A stretch of DNA of 64,000 nt from Nitrospirota bacterium (GCA_963818475.1 CAWFSF010000005.1:64001-128000), one strand, 5' to 3'. Shown: positions 32,090-42,714, counted from the first letter of the stretch. Numbers and translations: made by a program. The notes: generated from the sequence alone by a model not told the origin.

Positions 32090-32826
32090 TTTGACGTGAG
32101 CGTGCTGATGAGGGGGCCGACGGTATCCTGCATGGAGGGATACTTTTTTACGAGCAGTTCGAACATCCGAAGCGCATCGTCACGCCTGCCCAGTTCCTTA
32201 TAGGACAATCCGGCGTAGTAGAGAGCGTCCTTGTCCGCCGTCGATCCCGGATAATCCTGCAGCAGCTGCTCAAGCCGCGCCGCGGCAGCCGGGTACGAGC
32301 CTTTTTTGTGGTAGAACCGTCCGACATAGAGCTCGTATGCAGCGAGCCTGTCCCTGCAGAGCGCAAGATAGCGGATCGCCTGCTCTTCATAGGCGCTCTT
32401 CGGGTATCTGCTCTTCAGGGTTTCGAATTCTTTTACCGCCGTGTGCACGGGCTCGGGATCGCGGTCGATGGTGGTGAGCTGGCTGTAACTGCACATGGCG
32501 ACCTGGAACTGCGCGTAGGCCGCATCCTTGTTCACCGGGTGATAGTTGAGGAAGGCCTGATACTCGACACGGGCTTCGTCGTATTTTTCTTCTCCGAAGT
32601 AGGTGTCGGCGATGCGCAGCATCAGGGCCGGATCATAGCTCCGGTCCGGTGCCTTTTCCTGTATTTCCTGATAGTCCTTGCGCGCTTTTTCGAAGGAACC
32701 CTTGACCATGTTCTCTTCAGCCTGTTTGAACAGAACCGTCGGGTCGAAGACTTCCTGTTTTTCCGCACAGCCGGCAAGAACAACGAGCAGCAGGAGGGAA
32801 AGCGGTTTTTTCATGAGGAGGATCAC
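32086..32826 (-). CDS. bamD: Outer membrane protein assembly factor BamD
   Basis: Lipobox LAGC, TPRs, DRDPEP, ELYVGRFY, YPGS. Confidence 0.9.
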   Translation of the reverse strand: MILLMKKPLSLLLLVVLAGCAEKQEVFDPTVLFKQAEENMVKGSFEKARKDYQEIQEKAPDRSYDPALMLRIADTYFGEEKYDEARVEYQAFLNYHPVNKDAAYAQFQVAMCSYSQLTTIDRDPEPVHTAVKEFETLKSRYPKSAYEEQAIRYLALCRDRLAAYELYVGRFYHKKGSYPAAAARLEQLLQDYPGSTADKDALYYAGLSYKELGRRDDALRMFELLVKKYPSMQDTVGPLISTLTSK

Positions 32827-32978
32827 TTTCTGGAATGGTGCCGAAGGGAAGGCACCTATGCGAGGTACACGGCTTCAGAGCGACAACGGTGGTACTATAG
32901 CATAGCGGTTTTCCCTTTGTCAATGATTGCTTGATTCAGCCTGATTGCCTGATTCAGCGATGCAAATACCATCCTAAT

Positions 32979-33662
32979 CTAATGCCGACTATTGTCCCCC
33001 CGTGCCTCACATGCCGTATGGCGAATGACCTTCCCCTTGACCATATACACGACCATTTCCGCGATATTGGTCGCGTGGTCTGCTATGCGCTCCAGATACT
33101 TGGTGATGTAGGTGAGGCGCACGGCCCGTGAGATGTTCTTGGGGTCCTTCAGCATATAGACAAGCAATTCGTTGAAGATCTGCTGGTTCAGGTTGTCGAC
33201 AAAATCGTCGGCCGCGCACACGTTCAACGCGAGATCGGCATCCCTGGCCACAAAGGCGTCGAGGCTGTCCTTGAGCATCTTCTGGGCCGCCTCGGCCATG
33301 CGCGGGATATCGATGTAGGGTTTGAGCGGCGGCTCGTCGTTCAGCTCGATCGCGCGCTCGCAGATGTCCACGGCCAGATCGCCCATGCGTTCGAGGTCGG
33401 TGATGATCTTGATGGCGGTGGTAATGAAGCGGAGATTGCTGCCCGTGGGCTGCCAGATGGCGAGGAAACGGATGCACTCCTCCTCGATCTCGACGTCGAA
33501 ATTGTTGACGATGGCGTCGCCGTCGATGACCTCGATCGCCAGGTTCCGGTCGCGTTCAACCAGTGCGGTGACGGATTTTCTGATCGACTCTTCGACAAAG
33601 CCGCCCATTTTGAGCACCCGTTCCTTGAGCGCTTCGAGGTCCTGTTCTTTCTGTCTGGCCAT
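32979..33662 (-). CDS. phoU: Phosphate signalling protein PhoU
   Basis: DLERMGD, YLERIADHATNIAE. Confidence 0.97.
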   Translation of the reverse strand: MARQKEQDLEALKERVLKMGGFVEESIRKSVTALVERDRNLAIEVIDGDAIVNNFDVEIEEECIRFLAIWQPTGSNLRFITTAIKIITDLERMGDLAVDICERAIELNDEPPLKPYIDIPRMAEAAQKMLKDSLDAFVARDADLALNVCAADDFVDNLNQQIFNELLVYMLKDPKNISRAVRLTYITKYLERIADHATNIAEMVVYMVKGKVIRHTACEARGDNSRH

Positions 33663-33680
33663 GTGGTCTCCCTCTTTCAA

Positions 33681-33794
33681 TTGCGGATTTCGGATTGCGG
33701 ATTACGGATTGAACAGGATCTCGGAATGCCGATGGTGAATTGAAGCGAAGGACCTGAGGTTTTACTCCGCAATCCGAAATCCGCAATCCGCAAT
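33681..33794. repeat. Inverted heptamer (AATCCGM) repeat element
   Basis: ttgcggatttcggattgcggattacggatt facing tccgcaatccgaaatccgcaatccgcaat, between pstB and phoU. Confidence 0.8.
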
Positions 33795-33798
33795 AGCT

Positions 33799-34578
33799 TC
33801 ACCCAAACCTTCCCGTAATATAATCGTCGGTCTGTTTATTGTCCGGATTCGTGAAGATCTTTTCCGTTGTCCCGTATTCGATCAGCTCGCCCATGTACAG
33901 GAAGCCCGTCATGTCCGAGACGCGTGCGGCCTGCTGCATGTTATGGGTGACGATAATGATCGTAACGTCCTTTTTCAGGGAAACGACGAGCTCCTCGATC
34001 TTGGCCGTCGAAATAGGGTCGAGCGCCGAGGTGGGCTCGTCAAAGAGCAGGACCTCGGGCTCAACGGCCAGTGCCCGCGCAATGACCAGCCGCTGCTGCT
34101 GTCCTCCGGACAGATCGTAGGCGCTCGCGTTCAGCTTGTCCCTGACCTCTTTCCAGAGCGCGGCATGCTTGAGCGCCTCCTCGATCCGTCCCACCAGTTC
34201 CGACTTGTTCTTGATGCCCTTCAGTCTGAGGCCGTAGGCGATATTTTCAGCGATGCTCATGGGAAAGGGCGTGGGTTTCTGGAACACCATGCCGATGCGG
34301 CTGCGCAGATTGATAAGGTCGATGTCGTTCGCCAGGATATTCTTATCCTGAAAAAGGATCTCCCCTTCATACCGGTGCTTCGGATAGAGGTCGTGCATCC
34401 GGTTGAAACATCGGAGCAGCGTGGTCTTGCCGCAGCCGGACGGACCGATCAGGGCGGTAACCTTGTTCTTGTAGATCGGCAGCGATATTTTCTGCAGGGC
34501 GTGAATAGTGCCGTTATAGTAAAAATCCAGGCTTTTGACCTCGATTTCGGTCGGTGGTGTCACTGCTTGTACCTCCAC
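33799..34578 (-). CDS. pstB: Phosphate ABC transporter ATP-binding protein
   Basis: [42 protein letters not shown]; start approximate. Confidence 0.97.
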   Translation of the reverse strand: MEVQAVTPPTEIEVKSLDFYYNGTIHALQKISLPIYKNKVTALIGPSGCGKTTLLRCFNRMHDLYPKHRYEGEILFQDKNILANDIDLINLRSRIGMVFQKPTPFPMSIAENIAYGLRLKGIKNKSELVGRIEEALKHAALWKEVRDKLNASAYDLSGGQQQRLVIARALAVEPEVLLFDEPTSALDPISTAKIEELVVSLKKDVTIIIVTHNMQQAARVSDMTGFLYMGELIEYGTTEKIFTNPDNKQTDDYITGRFG

Positions 34579-35405
34579 TTTAATATCAGTCTTCCGGCAA
34601 TGGTCAGCATGAGAATGAAAAGAGTTATGACCAGGGCCGCGCCCCATGCCTGGGAATGCCAGTTCTCATAAGGCCCCATGGCATACTGGAAGATCGTGAC
34701 CGTCAGCGATGCGATCGGTCGGTTCATGTCCGTTGAGAAAAAGTTGTTGTTGAACGACGTGAACAGGAGCGGGGCTGTCTCGCCCGCAACACGGGCGATC
34801 GACAGCAGGACGCCGGTCAGAATGCCCGTGGCCGCGCCCCGGTACACGATCTGGATGATCACCTTGTAATACGGTGCGCCCAGCGCGAACGCCGCTTCCC
34901 GCAGGGTCCAGGGCACCAGTGACAGCATGTCCTCCGTGGTCCTCGAGCACCACCGGGATCATGATGATCGAAAGGGCGAACGCCCCTGCCCAGCCGCTGA
35001 AATGATGGAGCGGCCTGACAAGGATCGCATAGACGAACGCGCCGATAACGATGGACGGAACGCTTACCATGATGTCGGAAATAATGCTGATGATCCGTGC
35101 GATCGCTTTTCCCCGCGCATACTCGGCCAGGAAGGTCCCGCCCAGAACGCCCGACGGGGACGCCGATCAGCGTGGCTGCAAGGGTGATCATCAACTGTCC
35201 GACGAAAGCGTTTCTCAGGCCTCCGCCTTCAACGCCGGCGGCCGCGGGGTCATTGAAGAACAGGCTGATATGCAAAGCGCCCAGGCCATGGATAAGAACA
35301 TCGGCCAGGATATACACGAGCCAGAAGAGGCCTATTGCTGCGGCCAGGCCGCTCAGGGTGAGCGCGACGATGACTTTCTATTTTTCGTTTTTGTTCTATG
35401 TTCAT
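34560..35405 (-). CDS. pstA: Phosphate ABC transporter permease PstA (frameshifted)
   Basis: [36 protein letters not shown] across frames. Confidence 0.92.
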
Positions 35406-35537
35406 AGTTTATTAACCCAAGATTACGAAAATCAGCAAATACTGAAGATCACAAATAAGCTACAATGATCAATATCCTAATTCTAAACGTTCGTCATAAC
35501 ACTTGCGTGCCTTCGGAATCTTGCCAAATTCTGTTTC

Positions 35538-36479
35538 TTACCTTGAGTACTTCTTCTCCGCTTTCAGCAGAAAGAACTTGGCTATCGCCAGAATAATAAA
35601 GCTCATCACGAACAGCACGAGCGCCAGATAATAGAGCGAGGAAAGATAGATGTCGCTGTCCGCTTCGGTAAATTCGTTCGCCAGGCTGACGGTGATCGTG
35701 GAGGCAGCGTCGAGCAGCGATGTGGCGATCTTATGGTTGTTCCCGAGCACGAAGGCGACCGCCATGGTCTCGCCCAGCGCCCTCCCCAGGGACAAGGCAA
35801 CGCCCCCGAACACGCCCAGTTTGGAGTACGGGAGCACCACGTTCTTGACCACTTCCCACTTCGTCGCCCCGATGGCATAGGCCGATTCCTTGACCACAGC
35901 GGGGGTCAGATTGAAGGAGTCGCGCGCGATGCTTGCCGTGAACGGGATGATCATGATGGCGAGGATGACGCTTGCCGTCAGCAGATCGATGCCCATGGGA
36001 GTGCCCTCAAACAGGATGCCGACGAGAGGCAGTTTTCCGATGGTGCTCTGAAGCGCAGGCTCGATATACTTCGACATGATGGGCGCCAGGGTGAACAGTC
36101 CCCACATGCCGTAGATGATGCTCGGGATGGCGGCCAGCAGTTCTATGGCAATGCCGATGGGGCCTTTCAAAAAATTCGGGGCGATCTCGGTGACGAAGAT
36201 CGCGATGCCGATGGCAGTGGGAATGGCGAAGAGCAGGGCAAGGCCGGTCGTGAGGAACGTGCCGTAAATAGTGGTTGCCGCGCCGAACATCCCGGTCACG
36301 GGGTTCCATGCCGTCGAGGTCAGAAAACCGATCACCCCGAACTTCCCTATTGCGAGCGAGGACTCCTTCAAAAGTACTGCGATGATGCCAATGATAAAAA
36401 TGATGACGGTAAAGGACGCGACTGCGGTAAGGGAGAAAAAAAGCAGTTCAGGAAGATTTTTCTTGGGAGATATTGCCAC
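35538..36479 (-). CDS. pstC: Phosphate ABC transporter permease PstC
   Basis: ELLAAIPSIIYGMWG, GRALGETMAV. Confidence 0.97.
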   Translation of the reverse strand: MAISPKKNLPELLFFSLTAVASFTVIIFIIGIIAVLLKESSLAIGKFGVIGFLTSTAWNPVTGMFGAATTIYGTFLTTGLALLFAIPTAIGIAIFVTEIAPNFLKGPIGIAIELLAAIPSIIYGMWGLFTLAPIMSKYIEPALQSTIGKLPLVGILFEGTPMGIDLLTASVILAIMIIPFTASIARDSFNLTPAVVKESAYAIGATKWEVVKNVVLPYSKLGVFGGVALSLGRALGETMAVAFVLGNNHKIATSLLDAASTITVSLANEFTEADSDIYLSSLYYLALVLFVMSFIILAIAKFFLLKAEKKYSR

Positions 36480-36607
36480 TGCAGGACCTTTCTGCTCTAT
36501 CGAACGATGAAGGAAAATGAAACGGGTCAGGTATCATCAGTATATATACCTGACCCGCAGATGTCAATGTGCGTACATTTCCTTGTGCGTACATTTCCTG
36601 GTAAATC

Positions 36608-37619
36608 CTACTGAATGCCGTTCGCCTTCCAGTATGCCTGCACTTTCGCCTTCAGCGATTTCGGGAGCGGAACATACACCAGTTCCTTGGCCTTCGCATC
36701 GCCGTTCTTGAAGGCCCAGTCAAAGAACTTGACGACCTTCACATTGGAATCCTTTTTCTCTTTGCCGAGAAGGATGAACGTCGCCCCTGCGATCGGCCAG
36801 GACTTTTTGCCCGGCGCATCGTTCAGCCAAAGGTAGAAATCTTTTTTCGGGTCGAAGTTGGCTGTTGCTGCAGCGTCCTCGAAGCTCTCGAAGCTCGGTT
36901 CCACGAACGTACCGGCGTGGTTCTTCAGGACCGTATGGGTGAGGTTGTTCTGTTTGGCATAGGCGAATTCCACGTAGCCGATGGAGTTCGCCTGCTGCTG
37001 GACATAATTGGCCACGCCCTCGTTCCCCTTCCCGCCGATGCCCGCGGGCCAGCTTACGGACGTGCCGGCGCCGACCTTTTCCTTCCAGGCAGGGCAAACG
37101 TCGCTCAAATAATCCGTAAAGATGGCTGTCGTACCCGAACCATCGGAGCGGTGGACCACCGTGATAGTATTGTCCGGGAGGTTCAGCTTGGGGTTCATTC
37201 CCTTGATCTTCGGATCATTCCAGGTCTTGATCTCTCCCATGTAGATCTTACATACGGATTCCGGAGTCGAGCCGCAATTCTCCGGCCTTGATGCCGGCAA
37301 TATTCACCACCGGCACGACACCGCCGATCACTGCCGGGAACTGGAGCAGGTTGTCCTTGGCAAGCTCTTCCGGTTTGAGCGGCTTGTCCGATGCGCCGAA
37401 ATCGACCGTCCGCTCGGTGATCTGCTTGATGCCGCCGCCCGAACCGATGGACTGATAGTTCAGCTTCATGCCGGTTATCTTGTTGTATTCATTGGCCCAT
37501 GCCGAATAAACGGGATAGGGGAACGTGGCGCCCGCGCCGTTCAGCATCTCTTCCGCCTGCGCCTGGTTGACCGACAGCATTCCGATCAACAGTAACGCGG
37601 TTGTCAAAATTCGTTTCAT
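36608..37619 (-). CDS. pstS: Phosphate ABC transporter substrate-binding protein (frameshift near 37270)
   Basis: GAGATFPYP, YQSIGSGGG, DFGASD, HRSDGSGTT, GKGNEGV. Confidence 0.96.
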
Positions 37620-37653
37620 CTCTTTTCTCCTTGTCATATTTTTATGTTAGCAC

Positions 37654-37708
37654 GTTATACCACAGAATTGTTACAGGATTGTTACAAGTTGATTAAGCTT
37701 TTGTTAAA
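37654..37708 (-). promoter_or_regulatory. Pho-box promoter of pstSCAB-phoU
   Basis: TTTAACAAAAG CTTAATCAACT TGTAACAATCC TGTAACAATTC TGTGG-TATAAC (four 11-bp units, then -10). Confidence 0.88.
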
Positions 37709-37764
37709 TAGTCTACCTCATTCACCTCCTTTATTACGGCTTTTTTAACCGTGCCATCGGTTTT

Positions 37765-38142
37765 TTATGCCTGCAATTTGAGCTGCAGATTGACCTTGCT
37801 TCGCAGGTCGGCGATATTGCCTTTGCAGATGTATCCCCGGACCCCATGAGTTTTAACGAGCTCTCTCAGACTATCTTCGTCATTGGATGAATGAAAAAAG
37901 ATCGGCGTGCGGCGGGCATCGCAGTAGGGCTTAACGATCTCCGAGAGCTTATCGCCTGAGAGCCCGGGCATATTGACGTCGAGCAGCACCATATCAGGCT
38001 GGAACTCTCTTACGCGATTCGTCGCGCCTAACCAGTTCTTGTGCGTACCGACCTCGATCAGGTCATTCTGCAGGAGCTCCTTCGTGGTATAAAGATGCAT
38101 TTCATCATCATCGATCACGAGCACTTTTTTCTTATTCTGCAT
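37765..38142 (-). CDS. Single-domain response regulator
   Basis: VLVIDDDE, LLDVNMP, FHSS, YICK. Confidence 0.9.
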   Translation of the reverse strand: MQNKKKVLVIDDDEMHLYTTKELLQNDLIEVGTHKNWLGATNRVREFQPDMVLLDVNMPGLSGDKLSEIVKPYCDARRTPIFFHSSNDEDSLRELVKTHGVRGYICKGNIADLRSKVNLQLKLQA

Positions 38143-39337
38143 TGTAAAGCCCTCCTCGTCGTTCCATATTTTGTAGCGGTAAAGACACGATGAACGTCGT
38201 GCCTTTACCATAGATGCTGTCAATCGAGATCGTACCGCCGATCAGCTCCGTCAGATTCTTGCTGATCGTCAAACCGAGCCCGGTGCCTTCATGTTTTTTT
38301 GTTTTGGCGTCCTCGATCTGGCTGAAGGCGGTAAAGAGTTTATGGAGGTCCTCTTCTTTTATCCCTATGCCGGTGTCGCTCATGGCGATCGCCAGACTGC
38401 TTCCGTGGATGGAGAGCGTTAATTCGATCGTGCCGGATTCGGTAAATTTCGCCGCATTGCTCGCAAGGTTCATGAGGACCTGCCTGAGCTTAATGGGGTC
38501 GGTGGTTATCATCACGGCCATGGCAGGCGCATTCACCTGAACCACTACCGGTTTTTTCCCGAGAAGGATACGGGTGGTTTCCGCTATTTCAGCAAGGAGC
38601 GAAACGGCATCAACATTCTGGTGCGCCACTTCCATCTTGCCTGCTTCTATCTTCGAGAGATCGAGGATGTTCGTGATGACGGTCCTGAGGTTCGTCGCGC
38701 TGGAGATCATAAAGGAGAGGCGTTCCTTGATCTGTTCGATCGAGCCTTTGTCCGCCGACATGCGCAGCAGTTCGGCAAGTCCGATGATGGCGTTCACCGG
38801 GGACCGGAGTTCATGGGTTACGTTCGCCAGGAACTGGGACTTCACCTGATTGATCTTTTCCAGCTCCTGCGCCCGCGCGCTGGCCATTTCCTTCTGAAGC
38901 ACGCTGTTCGCCAGGGCATTGCTTTGCTGGATCACGAGCTGCTTGACCGACAGGAGACCTTTGTAGGTGCCTGCGGGGGTTACTACGATGATCTCGTCAT
39001 AGATGTCCTGCGGTGTCCGCTCCAGGGCCTTGTCAATGACCACGTCAAGCCGCTCGTTCTCGGGCACGATGAGCGGGGTCGTGTCGGTTATGGCGATGAT
39101 AGGGTGCTTTCCGTAAAGTTCGAAGCCGAATCTGCGGAACAGCGTAAAGAGCAGCTTCGTCCGCGTAACAAGGCCCACAGGCTCTTGATCCTCGACCACC
39201 GCGATCGCATCCAGGTCGGTCGTGCTGAAGAACCGCTCCGCCACCTTGTTCACGGTGGTCTGCGGCGGGATCTGTTCGTTCGATATAATGAGTTCTCCTA
39301 CGGGAAGCACTGAATCCTGTACCGTTATCGTCTGCAT
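38132..39337 (-). CDS. Cytoplasmic CBS-pair sensor histidine kinase
   Basis: N-terminal CBS-like pair (IAVVE..PVGLVTR, IIVV...YKGLLSV); HELRSP, NAAKFT, DTGIG, GTGLGL; no TM segment. Confidence 0.88.
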   Translation of the reverse strand: MQTITVQDSVLPVGELIISNEQIPPQTTVNKVAERFFSTTDLDAIAVVEDQEPVGLVTRTKLLFTLFRRFGFELYGKHPIIAITDTTPLIVPENERLDVVIDKALERTPQDIYDEIIVVTPAGTYKGLLSVKQLVIQQSNALANSVLQKEMASARAQELEKINQVKSQFLANVTHELRSPVNAIIGLAELLRMSADKGSIEQIKERLSFMISSATNLRTVITNILDLSKIEAGKMEVAHQNVDAVSLLAEIAETTRILLGKKPVVVQVNAPAMAVMITTDPIKLRQVLMNLASNAAKFTESGTIELTLSIHGSSLAIAMSDTGIGIKEEDLHKLFTAFSQIEDAKTKKHEGTGLGLTISKNLTELIGGTISIDSIYGKGTTFIVSLPLQNMERRGGLYNAE

Positions 39338-40524
39338 ACAACCTCCTCTTGATCTTTATATTTCTGTTTTGTTGGGTGATATTTTCCAGGGGTTGTAGGG
39401 GCGGGTTTAAAACCCGCCCTCGGCACCTGCGTCACGCCAAGCCCTGTCCCGAGTAAAGGCGTGGCGGCGTCTACCTTCACAAATGTCACGGTAAAGGTGC
39501 TGCCGGTCCCCGGCTTGCTCACGACCGAGACCTTGCCGCCCATGGCCTCCGCAAGATGCTTTACAATATAGAGTCCGAGGCCGGCACCTTTTACCCGCTC
39601 ACTTCCGGTGGCACGATAGAACTTATCGAAAATGCGGCCGATCTCGGCCTGCCCTATGCCGTCCCCGTCATCTTGTATGGAAATGTTCACCCGGTCATCA
39701 TTGTTGTCGAAGGAGATCCGGATTGTTCCGCCTTCGCGGTTATATTTGATTGCATTTGACAGGAGGTTGATCATGACCTGTTTGATCGCCGTTCTGTTGC
39801 CATGGACCAGGGATGAACTGCTGTTCACCGAGGTTATTTCGATATGCTTTTTTTTCGCGGTGTCCCGAAGGAGCTCAATCGTCTCATCGACCAGGAGACC
39901 GATAGCAACAGGCTGAGCGGTCAGGACCTCCTTCCCCAGCTCGAGCCGGGACAGGAGCGATGCGTCCTGCAGCAGACTTTCGGCATGGGAGGCCGCCATG
40001 TTGATGGTCTTCATATATTTATTCGATTCTCCCTTCCGCAGAGCAAGAGAAGAAAACCCGCCGATGGCGCTCAGTGCGTTCTGGAGTTCATGGACCATAT
40101 ACCGCACTGAGGTGTCCTGCTCCCGTTCCCGGGTTTGGAGCTGGTTGATCGTCTGCTGCCGGTAGATATGTTTCTTTATCTTCAGGAGCAGTTCCTTCAT
40201 AGAATAGGGTTTGGAAAGGTAATCATCGGCGCCGTGGCTGAGGCCTTTGACCCGCTCGTCCTCGTTTGACAGCGCGGTAAGCATGATGATCGGCAGCGAT
40301 TTTCCTTTTGCACCCTCCCGCAGGATACGGCAGGTCTCCCAGCCATTGAGCTCGGGCATCATGATATCCAGCAGGACCGCATCCGGCGTATGGCGCTGTA
40401 CCGCTTCTATGGCCTCTTTCCCATTACGGGCGATCTCAGTTTCATAGTTCTCTTTTTGAAGATGATAGCGGAGAAGCTCGGCACAGTCATTTTCATCATC
40501 AACAATAAGAATTTGTTGTTTCAT
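39325..40524 (-). CDS. Hybrid REC-histidine kinase
   Basis: ILIVDDE, LLDIMMP, GADDYLSKP; HELQN, NAIKYN, DDGDG, GAGLGL. Confidence 0.9.
   Translation of the reverse strand: MKQQILIVDDENDCAELLRYHLQKENYETEIARNGKEAIEAVQRHTPDAVLLDIMMPELNGWETCRILREGAKGKSLPIIMLTALSNEDERVKGLSHGADDYLSKPYSMKELLLKIKKHIYRQQTINQLQTREREQDTSVRYMVHELQNALSAIGGFSSLALRKGESNKYMKTINMAASHAESLLQDASLLSRLELGKEVLTAQPVAIGLLVDETIELLRDTAKKKHIEITSVNSSSSLVHGNRTAIKQVMINLLSNAIKYNREGGTIRISFDNNDDRVNISIQDDGDGIGQAEIGRIFDKFYRATGSERVKGAGLGLYIVKHLAEAMGGKVSVVSKPGTGSTFTVTFVKVDAATPLLGTGLGVTQVPRAGFKPAPTTPGKYHPTKQKYKDQEEVVCRR
39395..39420 (+). repeat. GTAG-type REP inside the 3' end of a kinase gene
   Basis: GTAGGGGCGGGTTTAAAACCCGCCCT hairpin. Confidence 0.75.
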
Positions 40525-40564
40525 AAAGCTTATGCCCTGATCCTTGCAAGAAGTTGCGATATGT

Positions 40565-40619
40565 ACTATACCCACACTCTGTTACAGGAGTATGAAGCCT
40601 GGGTTAAATGTTGGTTACG
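40565..40619 (-). promoter_or_regulatory. Pho-box promoter of the REC-HK / CBS-HK / REC operon
   Basis: CGTAACCAACA TTTAACCCAGG CTTCATACTCC TGTAACAGAGT GTGGG-TATAGT. Confidence 0.8.
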
Positions 40620-40649
40620 GACGGACATGTATAAGGAGGCCGATTTCCG

Positions 40650-41892
40650 TTAAGCAACGCGGGTGCGAATGCTGTCCGTGATACGATAGCTCCAAGACCA
40701 GATACCGGTCTCCGGGCAGGGTGACAACCGGGAATCCTGCCCGATCACATACCGGTTCCCCCGCCAGACCACGGTCGAGCTCAAAAGCGGCACGAACCAC
40801 AGCGCTCCGATGATCAGGTCCTTGACCGGCACCAGGAAATACCGGAGGGGCGATTGCCGGTGAGCACAGGTGCGTCCTGCTGCCGATTCGATCATGCTCC
40901 CGAGAAGGAGGTCGCCCAGGACCTTGATGAGTCCGATGACCAGCCGCGAAAGAAAGCGTTTCGCGCGACGGGCCCGTGAGCAGGACCGGCAATGCAGCCA
41001 TGAACACCGGGTTCACGAGCAGTTCGGATATATATTTCGCTCCGCCGATCTTCCACCTGAGCTTGCCCCATCGGGTGTGGCGGTTCATGAACCGCTTGAT
41101 GTCCCAGTACTCGTTGACGTTGCTGATCAAATGGTTCGACAGCACGACCTTTTTGCCGCTCTTGTTCATTTCCCTGCCGATGATGAAATCCTCGGCCAGA
41201 ATGTCCTTGAAAGCGGAAAGGCCTCCCAGCGCCTCAAGATCCGTCTTTTTCATGAGCATTGACTTCCCGATAACGCAGGGCATGCCCAGGGCCTGGTCGA
41301 GGAAACTGACGCTTCCCATGATGAAAGAATTGAGATGGAGGTTTTCCAGCGTGGCGCCGAGGCTCCGTCCGCCAACCCCGTGGATGAGGTTGCTGACCAG
41401 TCCGACCGAGGGGTCCGCTGTCTGCCGCACAATCTCACGCAAATAGCTCTTGCCTACTATCACATTGCTGTCGCTGATGAGGATGTAAGGATGCTGGGCT
41501 TTCTGGTAGGCCGGTATGAGGTTGTTCACTTTCGGGTTGTGTCCGGCATGACACTTCTCGACAACGAGGGAGATGTTCCGGTCTGAGTACTTCTCCTGTA
41601 CCTTTTTTGCTACTTTGTAGGCCGGATCGTTGAGGTCCTGCAGGCAGAAAATAACTTCGTAGGTCGGGTAATCCTGGGTGCAGAAGCTTGCGAGGTTGTC
41701 GAACAAGTTGTCGTCAAGTCCCTTGAGGGGTTTCAGGATCGACACCGGCGGGGTATGGTCCATTGTATACGCTGTTGTCCGGGCTTCCGGTTTCGCCTTC
41801 TTTCTCAAAAGTGCATAGGTTGCTCCAACCTGGAGCAGGTAGAGAATGATCCCTATCATTGAGATCGCAGCACATATGAGAAATATGGTCAT
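40650..41892 (-). CDS. Ceramide glucosyltransferase-like / HpnI-like glycosyltransferase (GT21), frameshift near 40940
   Basis: PPVSILKPLKG, NPKVNNL, ISDSN, GKSML, LAEDF, RHTRW, VVWRG. Confidence 0.88.
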
Positions 41893-41939
41893 GTGTCTCC
41901 TCCTTGAGAATTCTTATTGGTCGTTATATTCTTCATCGT

Positions 41940-42632
41940 TCAATTCCTGAAGAGCGTGATCGCGACACCCTTGTTGTGGCGAATGCAGTTCTTTACGGAT
42001 TCAACGTTCTTATCGCAGTTCAACAGTGTTTTCCATGAGTACAGGTGTCGTGCCTTGTGAAAATCGCTGTTGGCAATGTAGGGATATTTTTTCAGGCTGA
42101 TCACGTTGAACACGTCGTCCCTGTTCGCGATCTCCCAGGCATCGATGTATTTTGCGTATTTGTCACGGTTGTTCCAGAGATAGAGCGTATCCTTGTTTAC
42201 GAGTCCCGGTGTATGGTGAGGGTGGCAGGCAACGGTCAGGACATCCTGGCGCTTTGCTTCGAGAAAAATGTCCTCGTAACTCATGCAGGCGGGAATAAAC
42301 TCCTTGATATCGAGGAGCAGGAGATGAGCTGACTCGTCTTTCGATATATAATTTTTGCTGATTTCAACTCCGGGGATTACGAGCATGCCGTATTTTTCCC
42401 AGGCCCGAGCGGACTCCTGCCTGAGCGTATCGAGGTACTCGTCAAAGTTGTCCCCCCGGACCGAGAGATTGAACTGGCGGGCGAACTTGCCCATCGTGTT
42501 GTCGCCGTTGACGACATGGTCCGTGATCGCGATCGCGTCAAACCCGGCCTGGCCGAAGAGATCGATCGTTTTTCCCATTTCCAGCGAGCCGTCCGAAAAC
42601 GTAGTGTGAATATGGAAGTCGCATAACATCAT
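41940..42632 (-). CDS. PHP-domain hydrolase
   Basis: DFHIHTTFSDG, AITDH, PGVE, CHP, ANSDFH. Confidence 0.9.
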   Translation of the reverse strand: MMLCDFHIHTTFSDGSLEMGKTIDLFGQAGFDAIAITDHVVNGDNTMGKFARQFNLSVRGDNFDEYLDTLRQESARAWEKYGMLVIPGVEISKNYISKDESAHLLLLDIKEFIPACMSYEDIFLEAKRQDVLTVACHPHHTPGLVNKDTLYLWNNRDKYAKYIDAWEIANRDDVFNVISLKKYPYIANSDFHKARHLYSWKTLLNCDKNVESVKNCIRHNKGVAITLFRN

Positions 42633-42639
42633 GGTCGGC

Positions 42640-42694
42640 ATGGTACCGGATAATTGTTACCCCAGCATTACAATGTCGTGAAGTTTGCGTTAAT
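42640..42694 (-). promoter_or_regulatory. Pho-box promoter of PHP-GT21 (probably leaderless)
   Basis: ATTAACGCAAA CTTCACGACAT TGTAATGCTGG GGTAACAATTA TCCGG-TACCAT, then 7 nt, then ATG. Confidence 0.8.
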
Positions 42695-42714
42695 TCTTCC
42701 CTGGTCGGGATCGC

